A stretch of DNA of 59,658 bases from Actinomycetota bacterium (lineage in GTDB: Bacteria > Actinomycetota > UBA4738 > HRBIN12). Below, one piece after another: positions 17,586-27,155 of the stretch. Position 1 is the stretch's first letter. Every line of letters begins with the position of its first letter. The stretch covers positions 1 to 59,658 of the forward strand of contig JACQDK010000011.1 in the NCBI GenBank assembly GCA_016201135.1. The letters run 5' to 3'. The notes beneath the pieces were generated by a model that worked only from the letters and a program-made list of their open reading frames with translations, did not search any database and had not been told where the DNA came from. The position numbers and the translations under genes are program-made.

Positions 17586-20069
17586 CTAGCGCCGACCGGC
17601 CAGGAGGTCACGGACGGCCCCGGCCGTCGGCTGGGCGAGCGCGTCGTGGGCGAGCGCCGCCGCTGCGCGCGCGGCGATCGACCGCACGGCGCGCTTCACC
17701 ACCGGGATCGACGGCGAGGCCATCGAGAGCTCGCGCACGCCCAGGCCGATCAGCACCGGGGTGGCCTCGAGGTCGCCGGCGAGCTCCCCGCAGACCCCGA
17801 CCCACCTCCCGCAGGTCTCGGCCGCCTCGACCGTGCGGCGGATCAGGCGAAGGACCGCGGGGTGCAGCGGGTCGGCGAGCGTGGCGAGCCGCTCGTTCCC
17901 GCGATCGGCCGCGAGCACGTACTGGGTGAGGTCGTTCGTCCCAATGGAGAAGAAGTCGACCTCCGGAGCCAGCACGTCCGCCATGAGGGCCGCAGCCGGG
18001 ACCTCGACCATCACCCCGACGTCCATGTGCGCGTCCGAGCGCAGGCGGGCGCGGGCGCGCTCCAGCGCGGCGCGGGCCGCCCGGAGCTCGTCGCGGGTGG
18101 CGACCATGGGGAACATCACCCGTACGGGATGGTCGGCGGCCACGCGCAGCAGCGCGCGCAGCTGGGACTCGAGGAGCTCGGGGAGCTCGAGCCCCAGGCG
18201 GATCCCTCGGACGCCCAGGAACGGGTTCTTCTCGGGCGGCTGGTCGAGGCCGGGGACGGGCTTGTCCGCTCCGGCGTCGAGCGTTCGCACGATCATCGGA
18301 CGCCCGCCCAGCGCCTCCGCCGCGCGGCGGTAGGCGGCCTCCTGCTCGTCCTCGTCCGGCACGCCCTTCTCCAGGAAGAGGAACTCGGTGCGGAAGAGCC
18401 CCACGGCGTCGGCGCCGGCTTGCACGGCAGCGGTCGCCTCCTGCGGCCCCCCGATGTTCGCGGCCACCTCGACGGTCACTCCGTCGGTGGTGACGGCCGG
18501 ACCGGAGGCGGACCGGCGAGCCTCCGCCAGGTCGGCCTCACTCGCCGCCCTGCGGGCGGCGAGTGAGGCCGCGACGTCCCCGCCCGGGGCGATGTGCACG
18601 ATCCCGGCGGAGGCATCGAGCGCGAGCGGCGTCCCCTCCGCGATCGAAAGGAGGGCCTCGCCGGCCCCGACCACCGCGGGGATCCCGAGCGCTCGAGCGA
18701 TCACCGCGGCGTGCGAGGCGGGTGCGCCGAACGCCGTCGCGATGCCGAGGACGCGGGCCGGCTCCAGGCCGGCCGTGTCGGCCGGGGTGAGGTCCCCGGC
18801 CACCAGGATCCCGGGCTCCGTCAGCTGTGGGCGGGGGAGCGGAACGCCGAGGAGCCGGGCCAAGACCTGCCGGCCGACGCTCCGCATGTCATCGACCCGC
18901 GCCCGCAGGTACCGGTCGTCGAGGCCCTCCCAGAGCGCGGCCACCTCTTCGACGGCGTCTCGCCAGGCCGGGGCCGCGGCCAGCCCCTCCTCCCGGATCG
19001 CCCTGCGCGCCGGCTCCAGCAGCGCCTCGTCGCCGAGGAACAGGAGGTGGGCCTCGAAGATGGCGGACTCATAGGCGCCCACTCGGGTGGCGGCGCCGGT
19101 CCGTTGAGCCTCGATGTCGGAGCGCGTGGCCTCGATCGCGCCGTCCAGCGCGCGCAGCTCCTCGGCCCGGTCTTCGGCGGGCCGGTCCGCAACCTCGATG
19201 TCGGGCACGTGGAACCGGCGAGCCGGCCCGATCGCGATGCCGGGTGAGGCCGGGATGCCCCGGAGGGTGCCGGGCGCAGCCGCCTCGGGCTCGGCGCCGG
19301 CTGGCGGCGAGACGACGGCAACGGCCTCCTCGGGGGCCTCGTCGAAGGATCGGGCCGAGAGCGCGCGGATCGCCTCTATCGCCGCCTCGGCCTCCGGCCC
19401 CGTTGCCGAGACCTCTATCTCGTGACCGCGGACCACCCCCAGCGTGGCGACGGCGTTCATGCTTCGGGCCGAAACGGGACCGCGCGCTGTGGTTCGATCC
19501 GTGACGAGGACGTCGGCGTCGAAGGCGGAGGCCGTCTGCACGAACCGCGCCGCGGGACGGGCGTGCAGTCCGTGGGGGTTGGCGACCGTGATCGCGATCG
19601 AGCGGGTGGGGCCGGCGCGGGGAGCCCGAGCGGCGGGAGCCGCCATGGGGGTCGGCGCTCCCGCGCCGAGATGGGCGGCCTTGCCTGCGAGGCCGCCGCG
19701 AGCTTCCTGCGCCACCTCGTCGAGGGAGGAGCCTACCCTGGCCGCCACGGCGGCCGCCACGGCGCCCTCGACCAGCGGCGCCTCGCAGAGCAGCACCTTG
19801 GCGCGCCGCTCCTGCGGGAGCATGTCGAGTGCCATCTCGGCGGAGAGCACCGCGCTGCCGAGGTCCATCAGGACGAGGACGCCGTCGCCCGACCATGCGC
19901 GCTCGATCGCCTCCATGACAAGGACCGTGTCGGTGCCGGTCGGGTTCCCCTCGGTGGCCAGCCCGCCGGCTATCTCGAGCTGCAGGTCGGGCCCGCCCAT
20001 CTCGCGCGCCAGCTCGGCCACGCCCTGGGCCAGGCGATGCGAGTGGGACACGACCACGATCCCGACCAC
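17586..20069 (-). CDS. dhaM: Trimodular DhaM (EIIA-Man-like) - HPr - full Enzyme I phosphotransferase
   Basis: VGIVVVSHS and DLGSA (DhaM), GLHARPA (HPr), ASHAAVIAR, GLFRTEF, SIGTNDL and CGELAGD (EI). Confidence 0.92.
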   Translation of the reverse strand: MVGIVVVSHSHRLAQGVAELAREMGGPDLQLEIAGGLATEGNPTGTDTVLVMEAIERAWSGDGVLVLMDLGSAVLSAEMALDMLPQERRAKVLLCEAPLVEGAVAAAVAARVGSSLDEVAQEARGGLAGKAAHLGAGAPTPMAAPAARAPRAGPTRSIAITVANPHGLHARPAARFVQTASAFDADVLVTDRTTARGPVSARSMNAVATLGVVRGHEIEVSATGPEAEAAIEAIRALSARSFDEAPEEAVAVVSPPAGAEPEAAAPGTLRGIPASPGIAIGPARRFHVPDIEVADRPAEDRAEELRALDGAIEATRSDIEAQRTGAATRVGAYESAIFEAHLLFLGDEALLEPARRAIREEGLAAAPAWRDAVEEVAALWEGLDDRYLRARVDDMRSVGRQVLARLLGVPLPRPQLTEPGILVAGDLTPADTAGLEPARVLGIATAFGAPASHAAVIARALGIPAVVGAGEALLSIAEGTPLALDASAGIVHIAPGGDVAASLAARRAASEADLAEARRSASGPAVTTDGVTVEVAANIGGPQEATAAVQAGADAVGLFRTEFLFLEKGVPDEDEQEAAYRRAAEALGGRPMIVRTLDAGADKPVPGLDQPPEKNPFLGVRGIRLGLELPELLESQLRALLRVAADHPVRVMFPMVATRDELRAARAALERARARLRSDAHMDVGVMVEVPAAALMADVLAPEVDFFSIGTNDLTQYVLAADRGNERLATLADPLHPAVLRLIRRTVEAAETCGRWVGVCGELAGDLEATPVLIGLGVRELSMASPSIPVVKRAVRSIAARAAAALAHDALAQPTAGAVRDLLAGRR

Positions 20070-20078
20070 GGCCTGGGC

Positions 20079-20459
20079 TCAGCTCCTCGAGGCGAGGATC
20101 CCGATGAGCGCGAACCCGTACGCGACGGTCGCGACGCCCAGCCCCGCGAGCGCTCGCGACGCGCGACGCCGCGACGTCTCGGACAGGCCGAGGTCGAACA
20201 GCACCGATCGCAGGCCGAGCATCGCGTGCCACGTCACTACCACCAGGAACAGCGACTCGATCACGAAGATCACGGGATTGCCGATGTACTCCAGGACCTG
20301 CCGGTACGAGCGGAGCCCGCCGACCGACTGCACGACGAAGTGGTGGGCGACCATGTGCACCGTCACGAGCGCGAGCACGGCGACCCCGCTCAGCGCGGTC
20401 GCGCGCCATGCGCGGGAGCCGCCCGGCGTGACCGGAGGTCGAGAGTGGGCGACCGTCAT
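20079..20459 (-). CDS. SdhD-like hydrophobic membrane anchor subunit
   Basis: Three TM helices, VTVHMVAHH and WHAMLGLR His motifs, ATGA overlap with the upstream gene. Confidence 0.85.
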   Translation of the reverse strand: MTVAHSRPPVTPGGSRAWRATALSGVAVLALVTVHMVAHHFVVQSVGGLRSYRQVLEYIGNPVIFVIESLFLVVVTWHAMLGLRSVLFDLGLSETSRRRASRALAGLGVATVAYGFALIGILASRS

Positions 20460-20890
20460 CGGCTCCCCAAGATGTGCAGCGCTCCGTAGAGCAAGAGGAT
20501 CGCCGCTACCGTCATGACCGTCCACAGCAGGGCCTTCTGGCGATCCGGCGCGACGCCGGTGCCGATCAGCGCCACGCGCAGCCCGTTCAGCCCGTGCACC
20601 AACAGCCCGAAGAGGAGGAGCACGTCCATACCCAGCAGCGCCGGGGTGGTGGCCACCCGCAGGAACGAGCCCCACGCGCCCGGACCCCGAAGCAGCAGCG
20701 AGAGGACGGCGAGGTGCAGGTAGAGGTAGAAGACGAGGCCCAGGCCCGCCAGGCGGCTGATCGAGAAGGCGACGCTCCCGGCGCGACGCCGGCGCACGTC
20801 GAACCAGGCAACCGGTCCGGGCGCCTTGCGGAGCACCGGGCCCGGCGCCCTGCGGGCGTCGCGGATCGCGTCCAGGTCGTTCGGGTTCAT
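20456..20890 (-). CDS. SdhC-like cytochrome b membrane subunit
   Basis: SISRLAGLGL, YLYLHL and HGLNGLR motifs, three TM helices, ATGA overlap. Confidence 0.87.
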   Translation of the reverse strand: MNPNDLDAIRDARRAPGPVLRKAPGPVAWFDVRRRRAGSVAFSISRLAGLGLVFYLYLHLAVLSLLLRGPGAWGSFLRVATTPALLGMDVLLLFGLLVHGLNGLRVALIGTGVAPDRQKALLWTVMTVAAILLLYGALHILGSR

Positions 20891-21618
20891 CGGACCGTCT
20901 CCCGGTGGAGCACCAGCTCCCGGCGGAGCGCCATGATCCGCTCGGCCGGGCGGACGTCCGAAGGGCAGGCCTCGGTGCACTCGAACGCGGCGTGGCAGCG
21001 CCACGCCGCGTTGTCGTCGTCGGCCCAGGAGAGGATCGCGGCGCGGTCCGCGCCGCGATCCTCTTCCAGCAACCGCTGGGCGTACGCGAGCGCGGCCGGC
21101 CCCACGTACGTCTCGTCGGTCGCGACCACCGGGCACGCCGACAGGCAGAGCCCGCACTCGATGCAGTCCTCGAAGCGCTCGTGGGCATCGATCCCCTCTG
21201 GCAACTCGGAAGCGGAGACGAGCTCGCTCGTCCGCACGAGCGGGGGTGGCAGCGGGAACCGCGCGTAGAAGGACGCCATGTCCACGACCAGGTCCTGCAG
21301 CAGCGGGAGGTTCGCGATCGGCTCGATGGTGACGGGGCCCTGCCCGAGCGAGGCGACGTCGGTCACGCAGGCGAGCACCTCTCGGCCGTTCACTCGCATC
21401 CCGCAGGTTCCGCACGAGGCGTGGAAGCACGAATGCCGGAGGCCCAGGGCCGCGTCTCGATGTACCCGGATCCACCGGAGGGCCTCGAGGACGGTCGTTC
21501 CCTCGGTCACAGGAACCTCGAACTCCTCGAACCGCGGCGGGCGCCCGTCGCGCGAGAAGCGGGACACCCGGAGGGTCCTCGTCGTCGTCGCGGGCTCCGG
21601 GAGCGTCGCGGTATCCAT
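20887..21618 (-). CDS. SdhB/FrdB-like iron-sulfur subunit
   Basis: [2Fe-2S] CFHASCGTC-x11-C, [4Fe-4S] CIECGLCLSACP, [3Fe-4S] CHAAFECTEACP. Confidence 0.93.
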   Translation of the reverse strand: MDTATLPEPATTTRTLRVSRFSRDGRPPRFEEFEVPVTEGTTVLEALRWIRVHRDAALGLRHSCFHASCGTCGMRVNGREVLACVTDVASLGQGPVTIEPIANLPLLQDLVVDMASFYARFPLPPPLVRTSELVSASELPEGIDAHERFEDCIECGLCLSACPVVATDETYVGPAALAYAQRLLEEDRGADRAAILSWADDDNAAWRCHAAFECTEACPSDVRPAERIMALRRELVLHRETVR

Positions 21619-22808
21619 CAGGCTGCGTAGTGGGCCGTGTGGGGGAGCAGGACGGTCTCGCGCGTGCGGCACCGCTCGTCCACCCCGAGCTTGCGGCAGA
21701 CGACGTCGGCGCAGAGCTCGGCCATCCCGCGGAGCGTGGTGGCCTTGCCCCCGGTGATCGTGACGAATCCCTCGACGCGGTCGGCCTCTGCGTGATCGAT
21801 CGCCTTGAAGGTCCTCGACAACTCCCGGCCGGTGTCGGCTCCGCGCGAGCCGATCAGCGGCCGGGCCGCGGACCACGCGGCGCGGAACCGCGCCCCGCGG
21901 ACGGCCGGGATCAGCTTCTCGCCCTCCTCCCACATCCTTCGGACGTGGTCCTGCGGCACGTCGAGCTCCTCGGGGTCCTCGACCACCCAGGAGCTCGTGC
22001 CCACGATGGAGAGCGCTCGCTGGGGGACGATGATGTCGCCGTCCCCGGAGCGGTGCAGCCGGTTCAGGACCATGTTGCAGAGGCGTCCGCGCAGGGCGAG
22101 CATCACCCCGGGGGAAGGCCGGATCGGGACGTCGACTCCGGCCATCCTGGCGACCTGCTCCGACCAGGGTCCGGTGGCGTTCACGGTCACGTCGGCCTGG
22201 ATCTCGGCGTCGCGCCCGGTCACCTGGTCGAGCACCGCCGCCCCGCTCACGATCCCGCCGTGGATCAGCAGCCCCGTCACCTCCATGTGGTTCAGGATCT
22301 CGGCGCCGTTGGCCCTGGCCGTGGCGAAGAAACGCAGGGGCATCCGCATCGCGTCCATGGTCGCGTCCGGCACGCGCACCGCCGCCTTCAGCGAGGGGTT
22401 CAGGTTCGGCTCGAGCCGCAGGGCCTGCTCCGGCGAGAGGAGCTGGGCCGGGATGCGGCTCGCCTCGCATCCCTCGAGGAAGGCGGGCAGGTACTCCATG
22501 TCCTCCTCGGTGAGCGCGACGAAGAGGCCGTCGTTCTCCTCGAACGACCCCGCAGCGATCCGCCGCAGGATCGTGTTCTCCTCGATGCACTCGACGGCGG
22601 ACTCGGGATCACTCACTGCGTAGCGCGCGCCGCTGTGCAGGAGCCCATGGTGGCGCCCCGTGGTGCCCGACGTGAGCTCGCCGCGCTCGACCAGAGTCAC
22701 ACGCACGCCGCGGAGCGCCAGGTCGTGCGCTAGCGCGGCGCCCGTTCCTCCTCCGCCCACGATCAGCACGCGGGCGTCCGGGGCTCGCGGTGCGGGCGTC
22801 GCCATCAC
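21618..22808 (-). CDS. glpA: GlpA-type FAD-dependent glycerol-3-phosphate dehydrogenase subunit, short form lacking the C-terminal BFD-like domain
   Basis: VGGGGTG, GTTGRHHGLLHSGARYAVSDPESAVECIEEN and ITGGKATT match GlpA as recalled. 396 aa; directly follows glpK. Confidence 0.88.
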   Translation of the reverse strand: MMATPAPRAPDARVLIVGGGGTGAALAHDLALRGVRVTLVERGELTSGTTGRHHGLLHSGARYAVSDPESAVECIEENTILRRIAAGSFEENDGLFVALTEEDMEYLPAFLEGCEASRIPAQLLSPEQALRLEPNLNPSLKAAVRVPDATMDAMRMPLRFFATARANGAEILNHMEVTGLLIHGGIVSGAAVLDQVTGRDAEIQADVTVNATGPWSEQVARMAGVDVPIRPSPGVMLALRGRLCNMVLNRLHRSGDGDIIVPQRALSIVGTSSWVVEDPEELDVPQDHVRRMWEEGEKLIPAVRGARFRAAWSAARPLIGSRGADTGRELSRTFKAIDHAEADRVEGFVTITGGKATTLRGMAELCADVVCRKLGVDERCRTRETVLLPHTAHYAA

Positions 22809-22824
22809 GGCGAGTATCGCACCG

Positions 22825-22850
22825 CGAGCCCCGCCGGCTCTGCGGGCTCG
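22825..22850. terminator. Hairpin between glpK and glpA
   Basis: CGAGCCC (22825-22831) pairs with GGGCTCG (22844-22850). Confidence 0.3.
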
Positions 22851-22917
22851 TCAGCGGTTGGGCGCACCTCGGCCCGCCTGACCTGAGGCGAACGTTCCCT
22901 CCGTGTGCTCGTGTCCG

Positions 22918-24414
22918 TCACTCGACCCAGTCGAAGGTCCGGGTGACCGCCTTCTTCCAGAGCGCGTAGTGCTTGTCCCGCTCGCCCTCCTCCATCTTCG
23001 GCGTCCACTCGGCGTCCTTGCCCCAGTTCGTCCGGAGGTCCTCGTAGGACCCCCAGAACCCGACGGCCAGCCCGGCCGCGTAGGCCGCCCCCAAGGCGGT
23101 GGTCTCCGCAACCTTCGGACGGATCACCGGCACGCCGAGGACGTCGGCCTGGACCTGCATCAGCAGGTCGTTGTAGACCATGCCGCCGTCCACCTTGAGC
23201 TCCTTCAGCGAGACGCCGGAGTCGGTCTCCATCGCGTCCAGGACCTCTCTGGTCTGCCACGCGGTGGCCTCGAGGGCCGCCCTGGCGATGTGCCCCTTGT
23301 TCACGTACCGGGTGAGCCCGACGATCGCGCCGCGCGCGTCGCCACGCCAGTACGGTGCGAACAGCCCCGAGAACGCCGGCACGAAGTAGATGCCGCCGTT
23401 GTCATCGACCGTGCGTGCCAGGTCCTCGATCTCAGGAGACGACGAGATCAACCCGATGTTGTCCCGCAGCCACTGCACCAGTGCGCCGGTGATCGCGATC
23501 GACCCCTCCAGGCAGTACACGGCCGGCTGGTCGCCCAGTTTCCACCCGACGGTCGTGAGCAGGCCGCTCTTGGAGGGAACGGCCTCGGTCCCGGTGTTGA
23601 GCAGCATGAAGCACCCGGTTCCGTAGGTGTTCTTCGCGTCGCCCACGTCGAACGCGGCCTGGCCGAACGTGGCCGCCTGCTGGTCGCCCAGGTCCCCGGA
23701 GACCGGCACGCCCGCGAGCACTCCCTTGGCTGTGCCGTACACCTCGGAGGACGGCCGCACGGCCGGGAGCATCGAGCGTGGGACCCCGAACGCCGAGAGC
23801 AGCTCGTCGTCCCAGTCCAGGGTCTCGAGGTTCATCAGCATCGTGCGGCTCGCGTTGGAGACGTCGGTCACGTGGACGCCGCCGTCGGTGCCGCCCGTGA
23901 TGTTCCAGATGACCCAGGTGTCGATGTTGCCGAACATCAGGTCGCCGGCCTCAGCGCGGGCACGGGCCCCCTCGACGTTGTCCAGGATCCACTTCACCTT
24001 CGTGCCCGAGAAGTAGGTCGCGAGCGGCAGGCCGGCCTTCTCCCGGAACCGGTCCTGGCCGCCGTCGGCCGACAGGGCGTCGACGATGTCCTGAGTGCGC
24101 GTGTCCTGCCACACCAGCGCGTTGTAGACCGGCTCCCCGGTCTTGCGGTCCCACACGACCGTGGTTTCGCGCTGGTTCGTCACGCCCACGGCCGCGAGAT
24201 CGCTCGGTGAGAGCCCTGCCTTCTTGAGCGCGCCCTTGATCACCTCGTTCGTTCGGGTCCATATCTCCTTGGGGTCGTGCTCGACCCACCCCGGCTTGGG
24301 GTAGATCTGCTCGTGCTCCTTCTGGTCCACCCCGATCACGTTGCCGCCGTGGTCGAAGATCATGAACCGACTGCTCGTGGTGCCCTGGTCTATGGCTCCC
24401 ACGTACTTCGTCAT
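22918..24414 (-). CDS. glpK: Glycerol kinase
   Basis: [44 protein letters not shown]. Confidence 0.97.
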   Translation of the reverse strand: MTKYVGAIDQGTTSSRFMIFDHGGNVIGVDQKEHEQIYPKPGWVEHDPKEIWTRTNEVIKGALKKAGLSPSDLAAVGVTNQRETTVVWDRKTGEPVYNALVWQDTRTQDIVDALSADGGQDRFREKAGLPLATYFSGTKVKWILDNVEGARARAEAGDLMFGNIDTWVIWNITGGTDGGVHVTDVSNASRTMLMNLETLDWDDELLSAFGVPRSMLPAVRPSSEVYGTAKGVLAGVPVSGDLGDQQAATFGQAAFDVGDAKNTYGTGCFMLLNTGTEAVPSKSGLLTTVGWKLGDQPAVYCLEGSIAITGALVQWLRDNIGLISSSPEIEDLARTVDDNGGIYFVPAFSGLFAPYWRGDARGAIVGLTRYVNKGHIARAALEATAWQTREVLDAMETDSGVSLKELKVDGGMVYNDLLMQVQADVLGVPVIRPKVAETTALGAAYAAGLAVGFWGSYEDLRTNWGKDAEWTPKMEEGERDKHYALWKKAVTRTFDWVE

Positions 24415-24432
24415 CGGACCTCGCCTCCCTTC

Positions 24433-25074
24433 CTATCCGTCGCTCCAGGTGTCTGCGGCGGTCTTCAGCAGCAGGTACGAGGAGGTCGCGCCGGGGTCCT
24501 GATGCCCGGCGCTCCGCTCCCCGAGGTAGCTCGCCCGCCCCTTCCTGGCGACGAGCGGGATCGTCGCCTTCATTCCCTGCTCTGCGGCCTGGGCCGACCT
24601 GCGGAGGGCGTCGGGGAAGGACTCTCCCTCGGCGATCGCCTCCTCGAGGGCGTCCCTGGCCGGCAGCAGGGCGTCGACCATCGTCTTGTCGTTCGGTTCC
24701 GCCTTCCCCCGAGCCTGGACGCCGACCACGGCCGCCGTGAGCGCGGCGAGCCAGTCGTCGGCGTCGATCTCGGACTTGCCGGCGGTGGCGGTCCCCAGCT
24801 GGAGGAAGAGCGTGCCGTACAGCGGCCCCCCCGCGCCGCCCACGGAGGAGACGAGCGCCATCCCGACGGCCTTCAACATCGCCCCGACGTCGCCGGGCGG
24901 CTGCCCGTCCAGCTTCGCCAGGGCCGCTCGCATGCCGCGGTCCATGTTGATGCCGTGGTCGGCGTCGCCGATCGCCGAGTCGAGATCGGTCAGGTACTCC
25001 TTGTTCTCGGCGATCGTCGCCGCGAACGTCTCGACCCAGCGAACCACCCTGTCGTACGGCACCTTCACTCGCAC
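24433..25074 (-). CDS. dhaL: Dihydroxyacetone kinase ADP-binding subunit
   Basis: LDSAIGDADHGINM, GGAGGPLYG, DKTMVDA, GRASYLGERSAGHQDPGATS. Confidence 0.95.
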   Translation of the reverse strand: MRVKVPYDRVVRWVETFAATIAENKEYLTDLDSAIGDADHGINMDRGMRAALAKLDGQPPGDVGAMLKAVGMALVSSVGGAGGPLYGTLFLQLGTATAGKSEIDADDWLAALTAAVVGVQARGKAEPNDKTMVDALLPARDALEEAIAEGESFPDALRRSAQAAEQGMKATIPLVARKGRASYLGERSAGHQDPGATSSYLLLKTAADTWSDG

Positions 25075-25138
25075 CTCGTTCCTCTCGGGTCCCGCGATCC
25101 GCGCGGGACGGCCCTCGAGCGGCCCGGGTGGGGGGTCC

Positions 25139-26140
25139 TCAGACCCCCCACCTGAGGCCCGCGGTCTTGACCGGAGCGTCCCACAGCCGCACGAAGTCGT
25201 CGTTCAGCTTCAGCAGCGTGATCGAGCAGCCGGCCATGTCGAGGGACGTGATGTACGAGCCGATCAGGTTCCGCGTGATCTCTATCCCCCTCCCGGACAG
25301 GAACCGCTGTAGCTCGTTGAAGACGACGTAGAGCTCGATCATCGGCGTGCCGCCCATGCCGTTCACGAACGCGAGGACCCGGTCGCCCTTCTTGAGCGGG
25401 AAGTCCTCCACTACGGCCGTCGCCATCATCTCCACGATGTCGTGGACGGGTTTCAGCTTCATGCGCTCCCGACCAGGCTCGCCGTGGATCCCGATACCGA
25501 TCTCCATCTCGTCCTCGCCGAGCTCGAACGTGGGCTTGCCTGCGGCCGGGACGGTGCACGACGTGAGCGCCATGCCCATGCTCCGCCCTCCCGCGTTCAC
25601 CTCCCGGCAGACATCGGCGACCTCCTTCAGGGAGCGGCCCTCCTGGGCCGCGGCGCCGGCGATCTTCTCCATCAGCACGGTCGTGCCGACGCCCCGACGT
25701 CCCGCCGTGTACAGCGAGTCTTGAACCGCGACGTCATCATCGACGATGACGGCCTCGACCTCCGCGCCCTCTGCGCGGCAGAGCTCCGCCGCCATGTCGA
25801 AGTTCATGATGTCGCCCGTGTAGTTCTTAACGATGTGCACGACGCCGACGCCGCCGTCGACCGCCTTGGAGGCAGCCTGCATCTGGTCGGGCGTCGGGGA
25901 CGTGAACACCTCCCCGGGACAGGCGGCGTCGAGCATGCCGACGCCGACGAACCCTCCGTGCATCGGCTCGTGGCCCGAGCCCCCGCCCGACACCAGGGCG
26001 ACCTTACCCTTGACCGGCGCGTCGGCGCGGACCACGTAGTTGGGATCGAAGTGCACGGATACCAGGTCGGGGTGAGCCGCCGCGATGCCCAGCAGCTCCT
26101 CCCGTACGACGTCTGCCGGATCGTTGATCAGCTTCTTCAC
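25139..26140 (-). CDS. dhaK: Dihydroxyacetone kinase DHA-binding subunit
   Basis: [39 protein letters not shown] before GTG 26140. Confidence 0.96.
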   Translation of the reverse strand: MKKLINDPADVVREELLGIAAAHPDLVSVHFDPNYVVRADAPVKGKVALVSGGGSGHEPMHGGFVGVGMLDAACPGEVFTSPTPDQMQAASKAVDGGVGVVHIVKNYTGDIMNFDMAAELCRAEGAEVEAVIVDDDVAVQDSLYTAGRRGVGTTVLMEKIAGAAAQEGRSLKEVADVCREVNAGGRSMGMALTSCTVPAAGKPTFELGEDEMEIGIGIHGEPGRERMKLKPVHDIVEMMATAVVEDFPLKKGDRVLAFVNGMGGTPMIELYVVFNELQRFLSGRGIEITRNLIGSYITSLDMAGCSITLLKLNDDFVRLWDAPVKTAGLRWGV

Positions 26141-26160
26141 TTCGGCTCCTTTCCCGTGGA

Positions 26161-26184
26161 GGCTCGCACCGGCTCGCACCGGCT
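26161..26184. repeat. 10-bp tandem duplication in the glpF-dhaK spacer
   Basis: GGCTCGCACC twice, then GGCT. Confidence 0.7.
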
Positions 26185-26950
26185 ACACGAACACTCCCTT
26201 GCCTATCAGCGCCCCCAGAACGCCCCCGATGATCGGACCGACGACCGGGACCCACGAGTAGGCCCAGTCCGGGTCCCGCTTGCCCGGGATCGGCAAGATG
26301 GCGTGGATGATCCGCGGGCCCAGGTCACGAGCCGGGTTGATCGCGTATCCGGTCGGGCCGCCGAGCGACATACCGATGGAGAAGACGAGGAGTGCGACCG
26401 CGAAGACCCCGAAACCGACGGGTGTCCCAGCAGGGAGCGCGAGGATGCCGAGCAGCAGCATCGCCGTGCCGATGATCTCGGTGGCGAGGTTCATCCCGTA
26501 GTTGCGTACCGCCGGGGCCGTGCAGAACACGGCCAGCTTGAGGCCGGCGTCTTCGGTCTCCTTCCAGTGCGCCATGTACGCGAGGTACACGAGTGTCGCC
26601 CCCACGAACGCCCCGACGAACTCGCCGGCGATGAGGATCGGCACGTTGCTCCAGCCCAATCCGGGACCCATCTTGTTCGTGGCGGCGAGGGCGATCGTGA
26701 CGGCTGGGTTCAGGTGGCCGAGGCCGCCCGCCGCCTGCGCCGAGTACACGCCGAACAGCACGCCCATCGCCCACGCCCAGGTGATGACGATCCAGCCTGA
26801 GTTCTGGGCCTTGGACTTGCCCAGCAGGACCCCGGCCACGACGCCATCGCCCAGAAGGATCAGGACGCCGGTTCCGACGACCTCTCCCAAGAACAGATGG
26901 GCGTTCGTCGGCACGGCTGCGAGCAAGCCGACGGTTCCGAAGGTACTCAT
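26183..26950 (-). CDS. glpF: MIP family aquaglyceroporin (glycerol facilitator)
   Basis: GHLNPAVT and AINPARDLGPR; the NPARD signature indicates a glycerol channel. Confidence 0.93.
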   Translation of the reverse strand: MSTFGTVGLLAAVPTNAHLFLGEVVGTGVLILLGDGVVAGVLLGKSKAQNSGWIVITWAWAMGVLFGVYSAQAAGGLGHLNPAVTIALAATNKMGPGLGWSNVPILIAGEFVGAFVGATLVYLAYMAHWKETEDAGLKLAVFCTAPAVRNYGMNLATEIIGTAMLLLGILALPAGTPVGFGVFAVALLVFSIGMSLGGPTGYAINPARDLGPRIIHAILPIPGKRDPDWAYSWVPVVGPIIGGVLGALIGKGVFV

Positions 26951-27068
26951 CACCACCCCCTCTTCCAGGCCCCTCGTAGGGGCGTCTTCCGGCGCCACAA
27001 CCCACGCCCGAGCCGGTCCGAACCGCAACGACGGATGTCCCCCGAACGCGGCTTCTGTGGCGGGTTCC

Positions 27069-27085
27069 GTTCGGCATCGTCGAAC
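27069..27085. promoter_or_regulatory. Putative IclR/GylR operator
   Basis: GTTCG-N7-CGAAC palindrome in the divergent glpF/dhaL2 spacer. Confidence 0.55.
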
Positions 27086-27118
27086 ATCTGCGCCGGGGCA
27101 GGGGTGCGACCTCAGCGT

Positions 27119-27148
27119 TTGACAAGGCGGTCGGGACGGGCGGATTGT
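27119..27148 (+). promoter_or_regulatory. Putative promoter for dhaL2-gylR
   Basis: TTGACA (27119-27124), N18, GATTGT; GTG 27156 lies 7 nt downstream. Confidence 0.4.
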
Positions 27149-27155
27149 GAGGTCG

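Noticed and set aside
20079-21618. Calling the sdhBCD-like genes an ordinary succinate dehydrogenase operon
   Set aside because: There is no SdhA; the coupled flavoprotein has GlpA motifs and the context is glycerol catabolism, so sdh gene symbols were withheld.
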